DNA of 64,000 bases, taken from Clostridia bacterium (GTDB lineage: Bacteria; Bacillota; Clostridia; Christensenellales; DTU072). The position numbers were made by a program, and so were the translations under genes. The notes beneath the pieces were generated by a model. That model was not told the DNA's origin. It made no database searches and saw nothing but the letters and a program-made list of their open reading frames with translations. Location: positions 823-64,822 of the forward strand of contig JAZRZM010000005.1 in NCBI GenBank assembly GCA_045601385.1, written 5' to 3'. Positions 24,883 through 34,398 of the stretch are shown piece by piece (within the stretch, counting starts at the first letter, position 1; the number at the start of each line of letters is the position of its first letter).

Positions 24883-25398
24883 TTACCAATACAGCGCGTT
24901 TACATCGGGCTTAATTATGACTCCGTTATTTTGGCTGTCGGGATCGAAAGGAAGAACTGCGTCTTCACGATACCCGTCTGCGGATACAACCTCGATAACA
25001 TAGCCGTTTTTCTTGTTTTGCGACCGACTCCAAACTTCCGTCATAACGTAAAAATGCGCTCCGTTTTCGACGGAAAACGTCTTCGATTTATCCATAGAAA
25101 GGACGCTGCCGTCCTCGCCGATAACGCGCAAAACGTGCCACGTCGCGCCTTTACTGACTTCGACGACCGATTCAAGATCGACCGAGGTCGTCCCGTCTTC
25201 GTATCGATAGACGAGTACGTCGCCGTTGCAACGGCGCAAAACCGCGCTTTCCGTCGCCGCGGCATTGGTTATGACCGCCTCTTGTTTATCCAAATAGGCT
25301 TTATGCCCGTAAACCGCGCCCGTCAGACTGCCGATTACGACGATCGCAAGTATGACGATAAAAAGAACCGTCCCCTTTCCCGATATTTTTTCGTTCAT
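24883..25398 (-). CDS. hypothetical single-pass membrane protein (171 aa)
   Basis: ATG at 25398 with GGGAAGGA upstream. It overlaps the upstream stop by 4 nt. TM helix VLFIVILAIVVIGSLTGAVY is followed by a beta-rich ectodomain. Confidence 0.6.
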   Translation of the reverse strand: MNEKISGKGTVLFIVILAIVVIGSLTGAVYGHKAYLDKQEAVITNAAATESAVLRRCNGDVLVYRYEDGTTSVDLESVVEVSKGATWHVLRVIGEDGSVLSMDKSKTFSVENGAHFYVMTEVWSRSQNKKNGYVIEVVSADGYREDAVLPFDPDSQNNGVIIKPDVNALYW

Positions 25399-26438
25399 TT
25401 CCTTCCCTTCTTTGTTTGCCCTTCTTCGACGCCGAGGCACCTTGCGACGTATTGCTCGTCCTCGGAAAAGCCGTAGAACTCCGCAATCGGCAAGCACTCT
25501 TCGTCCGTGACCGTCGCAACTTCCGTTCTTTCCGTCATAAATTTGGAAAAACCGCCTATTTTGCAACCGTCTCCGATAAACAAAACGCCCTCGCTCTTTA
25601 TTGTACGCACCGTCTCCGCGTCACATTCCCGCAACATGGCAAAAACGAGTTCCGCCGTCCGCTCGTACAAGAGAGAGACCGTCTCAAAGACGTCTTTCGC
25701 CGCAAATCCGACCGCTTTCGGCTTGTCGCAAATGGCATCCTTGCAAACAAATTGTACCCTCGTGCAGTCGCCTTTATAAAGAGAAAAATATTTTCCGATG
25801 TCGATCGTATATCCGTCGTCGGGAACAGCCGTCCGTTCGTGCGAAATTTCGGCATTCTTGCAGCCCGGCACCGTTTCGCTCCGCTTACATACTTCTTCGA
25901 TAAGAAGACGCGCCGTCTCCGACGTGCCGAAATTAAGAGCATAGGCTTTTTTAATAACGCCCGACTCGGTAATAACCGCCTCAACGCCGACTGTGCCGAT
26001 TTCCACGATAAACCGTTTTCCCTCTTTTTGCGCGATCTGCGACAAAACGTACGGTTTTTCAATCAAATCGACGTTGCGAAAACCGCTGTCAATAAAGGCT
26101 TTTTCGACGGACGAGCGATAAGCATCGTCCGCAAAAGACGGTATCAGCACAAAAACATGGGGTTTTTTCGTCCCGAAAAGACGGGAAAAACAAACTTTTA
26201 TAAGCAATTTTGCGCCCTGTACGTCGTTGATTCCGCCGACGCCGAAAGGACGAACGAAAACTTTATCGCCCGAAAGACCGTCTTTCGAAGCGATCGCGCT
26301 TTTTCCGAACGAAACGAGGGACGGAATCGCCGTCTTCTTGCGAACGACCGCGTTTTTTTCCCGCGCAAGCAATTTTCCGTCGCCGTACACGCAAAAATAC
26401 TCCTTGTCAAAAGAGACGACCGCTCTTATTTCCGACAT
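25395..26438 (-). CDS. MreB/actin-fold homologue with degenerate nucleotide-binding motifs
   Basis: 347 aa, colinear with MreB. VRPFGVGGINDVQGAKLLI aligns with LRPMKDGVIADYETT, and IEKPYVLSQIA with IEEPFAAAIGA. The ATP-binding motifs themselves are lost: phosphate-1, phosphate-2 and adenosine motifs read SFDKEYF, EIGTVGV and IGDGCKI. Confidence 0.65.
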   Translation of the reverse strand: MSEIRAVVSFDKEYFCVYGDGKLLAREKNAVVRKKTAIPSLVSFGKSAIASKDGLSGDKVFVRPFGVGGINDVQGAKLLIKVCFSRLFGTKKPHVFVLIPSFADDAYRSSVEKAFIDSGFRNVDLIEKPYVLSQIAQKEGKRFIVEIGTVGVEAVITESGVIKKAYALNFGTSETARLLIEEVCKRSETVPGCKNAEISHERTAVPDDGYTIDIGKYFSLYKGDCTRVQFVCKDAICDKPKAVGFAAKDVFETVSLLYERTAELVFAMLRECDAETVRTIKSEGVLFIGDGCKIGGFSKFMTERTEVATVTDEECLPIAEFYGFSEDEQYVARCLGVEEGQTKKGRK

Positions 26439-26989
26439 AGTATCCCCTCCTCATGCAGTATTTTTTCGAGTTTTTCGGTGGGCAAGCCGACGATATTGTC
26501 ATAACTGCCCTCAAAGTGCTCCACCACTTGCCCGTCCTGAATGGCATAGGCGCCGGCTTTATCGTACACGCAATAACCGTCTATATACTTTTCGATATCT
26601 TCCGCCGTCAAGTCGCGGAAAAAAACGGTCGATTTTTCAAAGCATATCCGCTCTTTTTTGTCAATACGAACATATAATCCGCTGATAACCTCGTGCGCCT
26701 TACCCGAGAGCGCCGCCAGCATGGACGCCGCTTCTTCTCTGCCGTGCGGCTTGCCGAAAATCTTTCCTTCGGGCGAAACGACAATGGTATCGCACGCAAT
26801 CACCACGTCGCCTTCGGTAACGGCGCGCCCTTTTTTGGCGGCAATCGCCGACGCTATCCTTTCCGGTTCGGTTTCGCAAACCGATTCGTCTACCGCCGGA
26901 ATGCGGATAAGGTATTCGTCGAACAACTTTTTCAGCAGTTCTTTTCGCCTCGGAGAAGAGGACGCCAGCACAACGACGGGCGTCGGCAT
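26426..26989 (-). CDS. maf: Maf-like nucleoside triphosphate pyrophosphatase
   Basis: VVLASSSPRRKELL, ACDTIV and KAGAYAIQ motifs. 187 aa. Confidence 0.9.
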   Translation of the reverse strand: MPTPVVVLASSSPRRKELLKKLFDEYLIRIPAVDESVCETEPERIASAIAAKKGRAVTEGDVVIACDTIVVSPEGKIFGKPHGREEAASMLAALSGKAHEVISGLYVRIDKKERICFEKSTVFFRDLTAEDIEKYIDGYCVYDKAGAYAIQDGQVVEHFEGSYDNIVGLPTEKLEKILHEEGILCRK

Positions 26990-26991
26990 GT

Positions 26992-28503
26992 TTACAGAAT
27001 ATCGAGATTCTTTTGGAAGGCGCGGCGGAATTCGCTCACCGCCGAAAGCGCGTCCTGAATTTCCAACGAGCAGTCGGCAGTCGCTTCCGTCTTCAAAATG
27101 ACGCTTTCGCCGAGAATGTCGCAGTTCAGCGTCGTGATAACGCCGTTTGAACTACGGTCAAAACACTCGGCAATGCGCACCAGAACGCCCAGTTTCCGAA
27201 TCGCGTCGATGTCGTCTTCTTTCAGCATGGTCAGGTATTGCTGAATGTCGGGGCTGTCGAGCGCCTGACTCGTATGCATACCGGCTACGATCGCCGCCAT
27301 CACCAAATCCTTTTGCTGAATTCCGTATAGATTACTGTTCAAAATAAAGTAAAACGAATGTTTGTGATGTTCGTAGTACTTAAAACTGCTCCCGATGTCG
27401 TGCAGTTGCGCCGCGACGCGCAGGACTCTGACGTAAGCGCGGGGGAGTTTGTGCAGCACTTTCAGTTGACGATACAGTTGCAACGCCAATTCGAAAACGT
27501 GCTCGGAATGCTGAATGTTCATATTGAAAATGGTCAGCATGTTATAGATACTGTGCCCGAGGATATCGCTGATGGAGCGCTCGTACGTAGACGGCAACGC
27601 ATAGTGGAACATAACCCCTTCCCTGAGTCCGGCGCCCGAAATCACGATCTCCTTGAACGACGTCGCCTCTTCAAAGGCTTTTATGACCGTCATCGCCGCC
27701 GGCAGAATCTCCGCGCGCGCCGAAGAAATACCCTTGATACGGAGCGACTTGCTCGTATCGACGACTTTCAAAGAATTGTAAATGCTGTCGAATTCGTCGA
27801 AAGGAATGTGGTAATTATGCGCCATGTTCAACGGATACCGCTTCAAGCGGCGACTGATTTTACCGAGATTACGGATCGAACCGCCCACCCCGATAAACTG
27901 CGTGTCTTCTTCCAGCTCGTTCAGCCAATCCAGTTTTTTGATATGCTCGGTGATATACTCTTTCATCTTTTCGATGCGTTCGTTCGGATCCTGCACTTCG
28001 GCAAACTTCTCCGTCAACGTCACCGCGCCGAACGGCAAACTCTCCTGGTTGAGCATCAGTCGGCGGTTGTAATGAATGACTTTTACGCTCGCGCCGCCGA
28101 TATCCACGATCACGCCGCGCGGCACGTCCATCGAATTGATGACGCCCGTATAAACGAGGTTTGCTTCTTCTTCTTGCGTCAAAACGGTGATTTTGATACC
28201 GCATCCGTTCAGAATCTCGTCGACAAAGGTCTTTTGGTTCTTCGCTCTGCGCACCGCCGCGGTCGCATAGGCAAACACTCTGTTTACCTTGTGACTTTCG
28301 TACAGGTTCTTGAACATGTTGAGCGTCTTGACCATTTGTTGAATGCGAATCGGGCGCAAAAATCCGTCCGTTTCCATCCCCTGCGCAAGGCGTACCGGCT
28401 CTTTCAACTCGTCGATTACGTTGAAATACCCTCCGTCGATAATATTGACGATCACAATACGCGCCGTATTGGATCCGATGTCGATAATTGCTATTTTTTC
28501 CAT
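26992..28503 (-). CDS. Ppx/GppA family phosphatase with C-terminal HD domain
   Basis: IAIIDIGSNTARIVI and DIGGASVK (ASKHA fold), plus LHDIGS in the HD region. 503 aa. Confidence 0.85.
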   Translation of the reverse strand: MEKIAIIDIGSNTARIVIVNIIDGGYFNVIDELKEPVRLAQGMETDGFLRPIRIQQMVKTLNMFKNLYESHKVNRVFAYATAAVRRAKNQKTFVDEILNGCGIKITVLTQEEEANLVYTGVINSMDVPRGVIVDIGGASVKVIHYNRRLMLNQESLPFGAVTLTEKFAEVQDPNERIEKMKEYITEHIKKLDWLNELEEDTQFIGVGGSIRNLGKISRRLKRYPLNMAHNYHIPFDEFDSIYNSLKVVDTSKSLRIKGISSARAEILPAAMTVIKAFEEATSFKEIVISGAGLREGVMFHYALPSTYERSISDILGHSIYNMLTIFNMNIQHSEHVFELALQLYRQLKVLHKLPRAYVRVLRVAAQLHDIGSSFKYYEHHKHSFYFILNSNLYGIQQKDLVMAAIVAGMHTSQALDSPDIQQYLTMLKEDDIDAIRKLGVLVRIAECFDRSSNGVITTLNCDILGESVILKTEATADCSLEIQDALSAVSEFRRAFQKNLDIL

Positions 28504-28712
28504 ACTCTCCGTTCCTCCGAAAACCGTGAATAAGTAACGATTCCTTTCGTTCCCTCTTTACTAAAACAAATTATAATCCTTTTACAAATTCTTTGCAAGA
28601 GGGTATCGATATATTTTACCGTTTTTTTACCGTTTATTTTTTGAAGCGCGTTTATATCGCTTCGGCAAAGGGAATAAAAAAAGAAAACGACAAAAAAGAG
28701 GGAGAAAAAAAG

Positions 28713-29423
28713 ATGAAAGCGATTATTATGGCAGGCGGAAAAGGCACGAGGCTGATGCCGCTTACGGGGAAAATGCCGAAACCTATGGTAAACCTTCTGG
28801 ACAAGCCGGTACTGTGCTACACGCTCGCGCTGCTGCGAAAACACGGCGTAACGGATATCGGCGTCACGGTAGGGTATATGGCGGACAAAATCGAAAGTTA
28901 TTTCGGCGACGGCGAGGACTTCGGCGTACGCCTGACGTATTTTGAGGAAGAGACGCCTCTCGGCACCGCCGGCGGCGTGCGCCGGGCGGAAGACTTTTTG
29001 GACGAAGACTTTTTCGTTTTAAGCGGTGACGCCTACACGGAAATCGATTTAAGCCGCGCCGCCGCCTTTCACAAAGCCAAACGCTCTCCTTTCACGGTTG
29101 TGTGTCAGCCGCGCACGGATCCGACGGGTTTAGGCACCCTGAATATCGATTTTGAAAACCGAATAACGGATTTTGTCGAAAAACCGCAGGAGAAAAAACC
29201 GGGGCTTGTCAACACGGGGATTTATGTCGTCAATAAGGGCGTCCTGCGCCTGATACCGAGCGGTTTTTACGATTTCGGACGAGACTTATTACCGCGGATA
29301 TACGACCGCTGTTTCGCGTACGTAGATTATTCGTACTGGTCGGATATCGGCACGCTGGACAGTTATTACGACACCAACAAATATCTCGCGTCGAAGTGGC
29401 GTGACGACGTCGTCGTGCCGTAA
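28713..29423 (+). CDS. sugar-1-phosphate nucleotidyltransferase
   Basis: Starts MKAIIMAGGKGTRLMPLTGKMPKPMV (GxGTRL signature). ATG at 28713 with AGAGGGAG upstream. Confidence 0.85.
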   Translation: MKAIIMAGGKGTRLMPLTGKMPKPMVNLLDKPVLCYTLALLRKHGVTDIGVTVGYMADKIESYFGDGEDFGVRLTYFEEETPLGTAGGVRRAEDFLDEDFFVLSGDAYTEIDLSRAAAFHKAKRSPFTVVCQPRTDPTGLGTLNIDFENRITDFVEKPQEKKPGLVNTGIYVVNKGVLRLIPSGFYDFGRDLLPRIYDRCFAYVDYSYWSDIGTLDSYYDTNKYLASKWRDDVVVP

Positions 29424-29429
29424 AAAAGT

Positions 29430-30422
29430 TCACGCGTAAAAATCGGAAACGGCTTTGAAAAAAGCGTCGAGATTTTCCCATTTGGCGCGAGCGGGAATAT
29501 CGCAACCGGAACTGATTAAAAAGTTTTTATACAAAGAGCAGTCTTTCATAAGATCGGTTGTGATCCCGTACACCTTTTCGGGCGTTTCGTCGCAGAAAGC
29601 GAGAGGATCGATATTGCCCATCACAACAGCGTCGGAAGGCATTTTTTCAAGCATCGCGCGCATATCGACGGCGTTTCCGAAGTGATAGGCGTCGGCGCCG
29701 AGAGAGGCGATATTATCCGCCATATGCACGACGGAGCCGGCGCAATTATGATAAACGACGGCAAATCGGTCATCGGAGACGGCTTTTATTATCCGACGGA
29801 CATGGCGGGAAGAAAACTGTTCCAGAAGAGATGGCGACAAAAGCCCCGCGGCAGGCTCGGCAATGATGATTCCGTCCGCTCCGACGGCTTTGAACGCCTC
29901 GGCATACCGAATCAAAAAATCACATCCGACGGCGATCATGTTATTTGCCCCTTCGTCGTCGTCGGCACACCACAAAATCAGGTCTTCCATTCTGCACAAA
30001 CGCGCCGCAAGCGTAAACGGCCCCGTCACACTGCAAAAAAGCGGAACGTCGTTTCCCAAACGGACTTTGGCTTCCATTACGCCTTCGATAAAAGTTTCCG
30101 TTCGGCGCATACCGACAAGAGGCATACGCAGATTACGCGCTTGCGCATCGTTTGCCACGCGAATTGATTTCACCGTCGGCAGGTCGCTTTCCTTATAAAT
30201 AAGTTCGGCGCCGAAAGCCTCCGCTTCCACCGACAAATCCATCGGATAAACCGCCGCGCTTACCGGACAACGGTCGATAATCGAAAGCACCCCTTCGATT
30301 TGCTTTTCTTTATCGGTAATCAGTTCCCGTACCGTCGCTCCCGTCAAAGAGACGGCGGGAAACGACAGAATGGGCAACGCTTTATTTTTCTGCGCCGCTA
30401 TTTGTTCGAGAATCGGTTTCAT
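29430..30422 (-). CDS. uroporphyrinogen-decarboxylase-family methyltransferase (MtaA/MT2-like)
   Basis: 330 aa. The URO-D/MtaA-like layout (PILSFP...DLSVEAEAFG...HNCAG...) sits immediately downstream of a corrinoid protein gene. Confidence 0.7.
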   Translation of the reverse strand: MKPILEQIAAQKNKALPILSFPAVSLTGATVRELITDKEKQIEGVLSIIDRCPVSAAVYPMDLSVEAEAFGAELIYKESDLPTVKSIRVANDAQARNLRMPLVGMRRTETFIEGVMEAKVRLGNDVPLFCSVTGPFTLAARLCRMEDLILWCADDDEGANNMIAVGCDFLIRYAEAFKAVGADGIIIAEPAAGLLSPSLLEQFSSRHVRRIIKAVSDDRFAVVYHNCAGSVVHMADNIASLGADAYHFGNAVDMRAMLEKMPSDAVVMGNIDPLAFCDETPEKVYGITTDLMKDCSLYKNFLISSGCDIPARAKWENLDAFFKAVSDFYA

Positions 30423-30425
30423 CCT

Positions 30426-31061
30426 TTATTTTCCCGAGCAAAAACGCTTTGCGATTTCCGCCGCACTGCCGGCTTCGGGCGTAAACGCGTCCGCGCCGAT
30501 GCTTTTCGCGAACTCTTCCGTCACCGGCGCACCGCCGACCATAACTTTGACTTTATCACGCAGTCCTGCCGCTTTCAGGTCATCAATAACGGTCTTTTGG
30601 TATACCATAGTCGTCGTAAGCAGAGAAGAAAGACACACAATATCGGCGCCGCTTTCACGCACGGCTTCGATGATACGATCGCTGCCGACGTCGGTGCCGA
30701 GATCGATACATTCGATTCCGACGCCTTCGAGCATAATACGGACGACGTTTTTCCCGATATCGTGAATATCGCCTTTTACGGTGCAAATAACGGCTTTTCC
30801 GATCGGTTTGACGCCGCTTTCGAGGAGAAGCGGACGAAGGATATCGAGGCACTTGTTCATGGCGCGCGCGGCGATAAGAACGTCGGGAATAAAGATTTCT
30901 TCGGCTTTGAATTTCGCACCGATTTCGTCCATCGCGGCGATCAGTCCGCCCGACAGTATTTCGGACGCGCTTATTCCGACGGCAAGAGCCGTTTCGACAG
31001 CCGCCTGCGCGTCTTTTGCTTTTCCTTTACGGATATATTCGTTAATAAGTTCGATTGTCAT
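30426..31061 (-). CDS. corrinoid (B12-binding) protein of a methyltransferase system
   Basis: GDIHDIGKN (DxHxxG), SSLLTTTM (SxL) and VMVGGAPV (GG), after an N-terminal helical cap. 211 aa. Confidence 0.9.
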   Translation of the reverse strand: MTIELINEYIRKGKAKDAQAAVETALAVGISASEILSGGLIAAMDEIGAKFKAEEIFIPDVLIAARAMNKCLDILRPLLLESGVKPIGKAVICTVKGDIHDIGKNVVRIMLEGVGIECIDLGTDVGSDRIIEAVRESGADIVCLSSLLTTTMVYQKTVIDDLKAAGLRDKVKVMVGGAPVTEEFAKSIGADAFTPEAGSAAEIAKRFCSGK

Positions 31062-32062
31062 TGCAGAACGAGTCCTCCTTTATAGTGGCGATATTTTTCC
31101 GCCGCGTCAAAAAGAGCGGCTATGTTTTCGAGCGGTATATCCTGATTCGTCTCGATATGCAGGCTCAGTCCGCCGCGTTTGTCGTACAAAGCCTCGACGC
31201 ATTCGGCAAAGTGATCGAAAATCTGTCCGCGCGTTGCGAACGGATACAACTGCCTGTCCAGGTCAAGGTCGATGGCGATCGGATTTTTACCCCTGCGGCA
31301 GACGTTGACCAGATTTTCCAAACCGTTGGCGCGGTACTGCGGATTGATGATATCGACGTGCGCGTCAATAAGGTCGGGCATAATTTCGTAAATACAACCG
31401 TCGGTGTGCATATAAACGACCAATTCGGGGTTGTGCGCCTTACACTTGCGATACAGTTTTTCAAAACACGGCTTCATATACCTGCGCCACCGTTCGGCAC
31501 CGATAGCAAGCCCTTTTTGCATACCGAGGTCGTCGCCGAATGTGATGATTCCTTTGCCGGAGCGTTTTACCTTGCCCAAGCGGATATCCAACTGTTTTTC
31601 GTTATACAAAAGGACCTTATCGATCAACGTGCGAAGAGCGTCCCCTTCCTCCGCAAAATAAATCATCGCGTCTTCAAAACCGCATAAGTCGATCAACCGT
31701 AAATACATGAACCCGTGCGGCATCTTGCCGTTTCTGTTCTTGGGTATCTGTAAAGAAAAAATATCCTCTTCCGACCGCACGGGGTGTCCCACAACGACGG
31801 AATTCAGTCCTTCTTCGATATTTTTCCATTCGCAGCCCCATTCGTCGACGTGGATACCCTCGTGGTACTTGGGGGGCATTTTTACGCGGTGATGCTTGAT
31901 ATTGCGGTGCGGCGCGAAAAACTGCGGATACTGATTCATAAGCCGCAACAGATCTTCGCCGTATTTCAGAAAAGTAATCGGTTGCAAACCGATATTGATC
32001 GGAATCGTTTCGGGGCTGTCAAACTTCGCCGCGCGATACAATCCTTTTTGAAAATTATTCAT
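31058..32062 (-). CDS. uroporphyrinogen-decarboxylase-family protein (candidate substrate:corrinoid methyltransferase)
   Basis: 334 aa. URO-D-like C-terminal half (VVYMHTDGCIYEIMPDLIDAHVDIINPQ). 4-nt overlap with the corrinoid protein gene. Confidence 0.6.
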   Translation of the reverse strand: MNNFQKGLYRAAKFDSPETIPINIGLQPITFLKYGEDLLRLMNQYPQFFAPHRNIKHHRVKMPPKYHEGIHVDEWGCEWKNIEEGLNSVVVGHPVRSEEDIFSLQIPKNRNGKMPHGFMYLRLIDLCGFEDAMIYFAEEGDALRTLIDKVLLYNEKQLDIRLGKVKRSGKGIITFGDDLGMQKGLAIGAERWRRYMKPCFEKLYRKCKAHNPELVVYMHTDGCIYEIMPDLIDAHVDIINPQYRANGLENLVNVCRRGKNPIAIDLDLDRQLYPFATRGQIFDHFAECVEALYDKRGGLSLHIETNQDIPLENIAALFDAAEKYRHYKGGLVLQ

Positions 32063-32209
32063 TTGCTTCTCCTTGTCTTGTTATAAATGTATTATAAATA
32101 CTATAAGTAAAACTGTCAATATTGAAAAAGTCGAAAAAAAATCAACGAAACACTTGCTTTTCTCCTTTTATATGATATAATAGGAAAAATTTTTTATAGG
32201 AGAGGAGAT

Positions 32210-33706
32210 ATGGCATACTATTTTGAAGAACCTTCGCGCACGTTCAGCGAATATCTGTTGATACCCGGATACACGGACGAAAATTGCCGCCCGGAAAACG
32301 TAAAACTCACGACTCCGCTTGTCAAATACAGACCGGATCGGGAGGAATGTCCCATTCGTCTGAATATTCCTTTGGTATCGGCTATCATGCAATCGGTATC
32401 CAACGACACACTGGCGATCGCTTTGGCAAAACAAGGCGGTATGTCTTTTATTTACGGCAGTCAGTCTATCGAAAGCGAAGCGGCGATGGTGGCGAAAGTC
32501 AAAAACTACAAAGCCGGTTTCGTCGTCAGCGACAGCAACGTAAAACCGACCGCCACGCTGAAACAACTGATCGAACTCGTCCGCACCAACGGACACTCGA
32601 CCGTCGCCGTCACCGAGGACGGAACGGGCACGGGAAAACTGCTCGGGCTTGTCACAAGCCGCGACTACCGCGCAAGCAAAATCGACCCGGAAACTCCGGT
32701 TGAAAAAGTGATGACAAAACTTGCCGATTTGATTACCGCTCCCGAAAACATCGATTTAAGTACCGCAAACAACCTGATTTGGGATCATAAAATCAATCAA
32801 CTGCCCATTGTGGACAAAAACGGAAACTTGAAATATCTCGTCTTCCGCAAAGACTACGAAGAGCACGCCGACAATCCCGACGAAGTCGTCGATAAAGAAC
32901 ACCGCTTGATGGTCGGCGCCGGCATCAACACCCTCGATTTTGAAAAAAGAGTCCCCGCTCTTATCGAAGCGGGAGCGGACGTACTGTGCATCGACAGCAG
33001 CGAAGGATACAGTTGCTGGCAAAAAAATACCATTGCGTTCATACGCGCAAAATACGGCGATTCGGTCAAAGTCGGCGCGGGTAACGTGGTCGATAAAGAC
33101 GGCTTTTTATTCCTCGCAAAAGCCGGAGCGGACTTCGTCAAAGTCGGTATCGGCGGCGGTTCGATATGTATCACGCGCGAACAGAAAGGTATCGGCAGAG
33201 GACAAGCGACCGCTCTTATCGAAGTGGTCAAAGCCCGTGACGAATACTTCAAAGAAACGGGAATCTACGTGCCCATTTGCTCGGACGGCGGCATCGTTCA
33301 CGACTACCACATGACCTTGGCTCTCGCTATGGGCGCGGACTTTATCATGCTCGGCAGATATTTTGCCCGTTTTGACGAAAGCCCGACGACGCGTCTGAAC
33401 ATCAACGGCAGTTACGTCAAGGAATATTGGGGCGAAGGCAGTAACCGCGCCCGTAACTGGCAACGGTACGACCTCGGCGGCAAGAGCGGACTTTCTTTTG
33501 AAGAAGGCGTCGATTCTTACGTCCCCTACGCCGGACACCTCAAAGACAACGTCGCAAAGAGCCTCTATAAAGTCAAATCGACCATGTGTAACTGCGGTGT
33601 GACCGACATACCCACTTTCCACGAAAAAGCCCGTATTACCCTCGTCTCCGCCACCGGTATCATCGAAGGCGGCAGCCACGACGTCATCTTAAAAAACTCC
33701 GATTAA
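32210..33706 (+). CDS. guaB: IMP dehydrogenase
   Basis: 498 aa. Catalytic loop [12 protein letters not shown] and an internal CBS-pair region (VMTK...[14 protein letters not shown]). Confidence 0.9.
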   Translation: MAYYFEEPSRTFSEYLLIPGYTDENCRPENVKLTTPLVKYRPDREECPIRLNIPLVSAIMQSVSNDTLAIALAKQGGMSFIYGSQSIESEAAMVAKVKNYKAGFVVSDSNVKPTATLKQLIELVRTNGHSTVAVTEDGTGTGKLLGLVTSRDYRASKIDPETPVEKVMTKLADLITAPENIDLSTANNLIWDHKINQLPIVDKNGNLKYLVFRKDYEEHADNPDEVVDKEHRLMVGAGINTLDFEKRVPALIEAGADVLCIDSSEGYSCWQKNTIAFIRAKYGDSVKVGAGNVVDKDGFLFLAKAGADFVKVGIGGGSICITREQKGIGRGQATALIEVVKARDEYFKETGIYVPICSDGGIVHDYHMTLALAMGADFIMLGRYFARFDESPTTRLNINGSYVKEYWGEGSNRARNWQRYDLGGKSGLSFEEGVDSYVPYAGHLKDNVAKSLYKVKSTMCNCGVTDIPTFHEKARITLVSATGIIEGGSHDVILKNSD

Positions 33707-33726
33707 ACGGATATTCCTTTACAGAA

Positions 33727-33766
33727 CGCGCTCTTTTGTCCGACGGATAAAAGAGCGTTTTTTTTA
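33727..33766 (+). terminator. rho-independent terminator after guaB
   Basis: CGCTCTTTT / AAAAGAGCG stem followed by T8. Confidence 0.75.
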
Positions 33767-33815
33767 TCGAAAACGGCAAAAAAAGATACACTATCCGCCG
33801 TCCGCACGCACGGTA

Positions 33816-34226
33816 TTATCGCAGCAGAGCCACGATAAGAGACGTTTTTCTGTTTTCGCCGACAAGCAGGCTTTGCGATGCATTGGGTATCCTGTCGAGC
33901 GTAATCAGGATACTGATTTGCTGATCATAGACAGACAAAACGGTTCTTGACGGTGACGAAGGACAATGCCCGGCACGGACCGACGGGACGTAAGAATCGT
34001 TTCCGAGCAAAGCGTTCAGATCGCGCAAAGAACGAAAAATGAGGTTCTTTATATAACCCACCGTACGCGCCGAAAGAGCGGAGCGGACAGAGCCGAGATC
34101 GCCGAGAAGTTCCAGTTGATTTTCTTCCAACAGAATCAGGCGTTCGATCGGCGTTTTGTCGTTTGATTCGTCCGACGTCATTACTTTTTGATATTCGCGC
34201 GCCATTTGTTCGATTTCTTCGTTCAT
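33816..34226 (-). CDS. hypothetical protein (136 aa, helical)
   Basis: Internal ATG at 34226 with AGAGGG upstream. No motif recognised. Confidence 0.45.
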   Translation of the reverse strand: MNEEIEQMAREYQKVMTSDESNDKTPIERLILLEENQLELLGDLGSVRSALSARTVGYIKNLIFRSLRDLNALLGNDSYVPSVRAGHCPSSPSRTVLSVYDQQISILITLDRIPNASQSLLVGENRKTSLIVALLR

Positions 34227-34398
34227 ATTTACCCTCTTTGGTTTCACAATATGCGCCCGCGGCGGCTTTTGTGCGACTTTTTGCCACATATTACGTCGGG
34301 TGCGTCCGAAAAAAAGCCGAAATTGCTTGCTTTCGGATACTTTAATATGATACAATGACTTGTAAATTATATTTATTTAATATATACGAGGCATTGAT

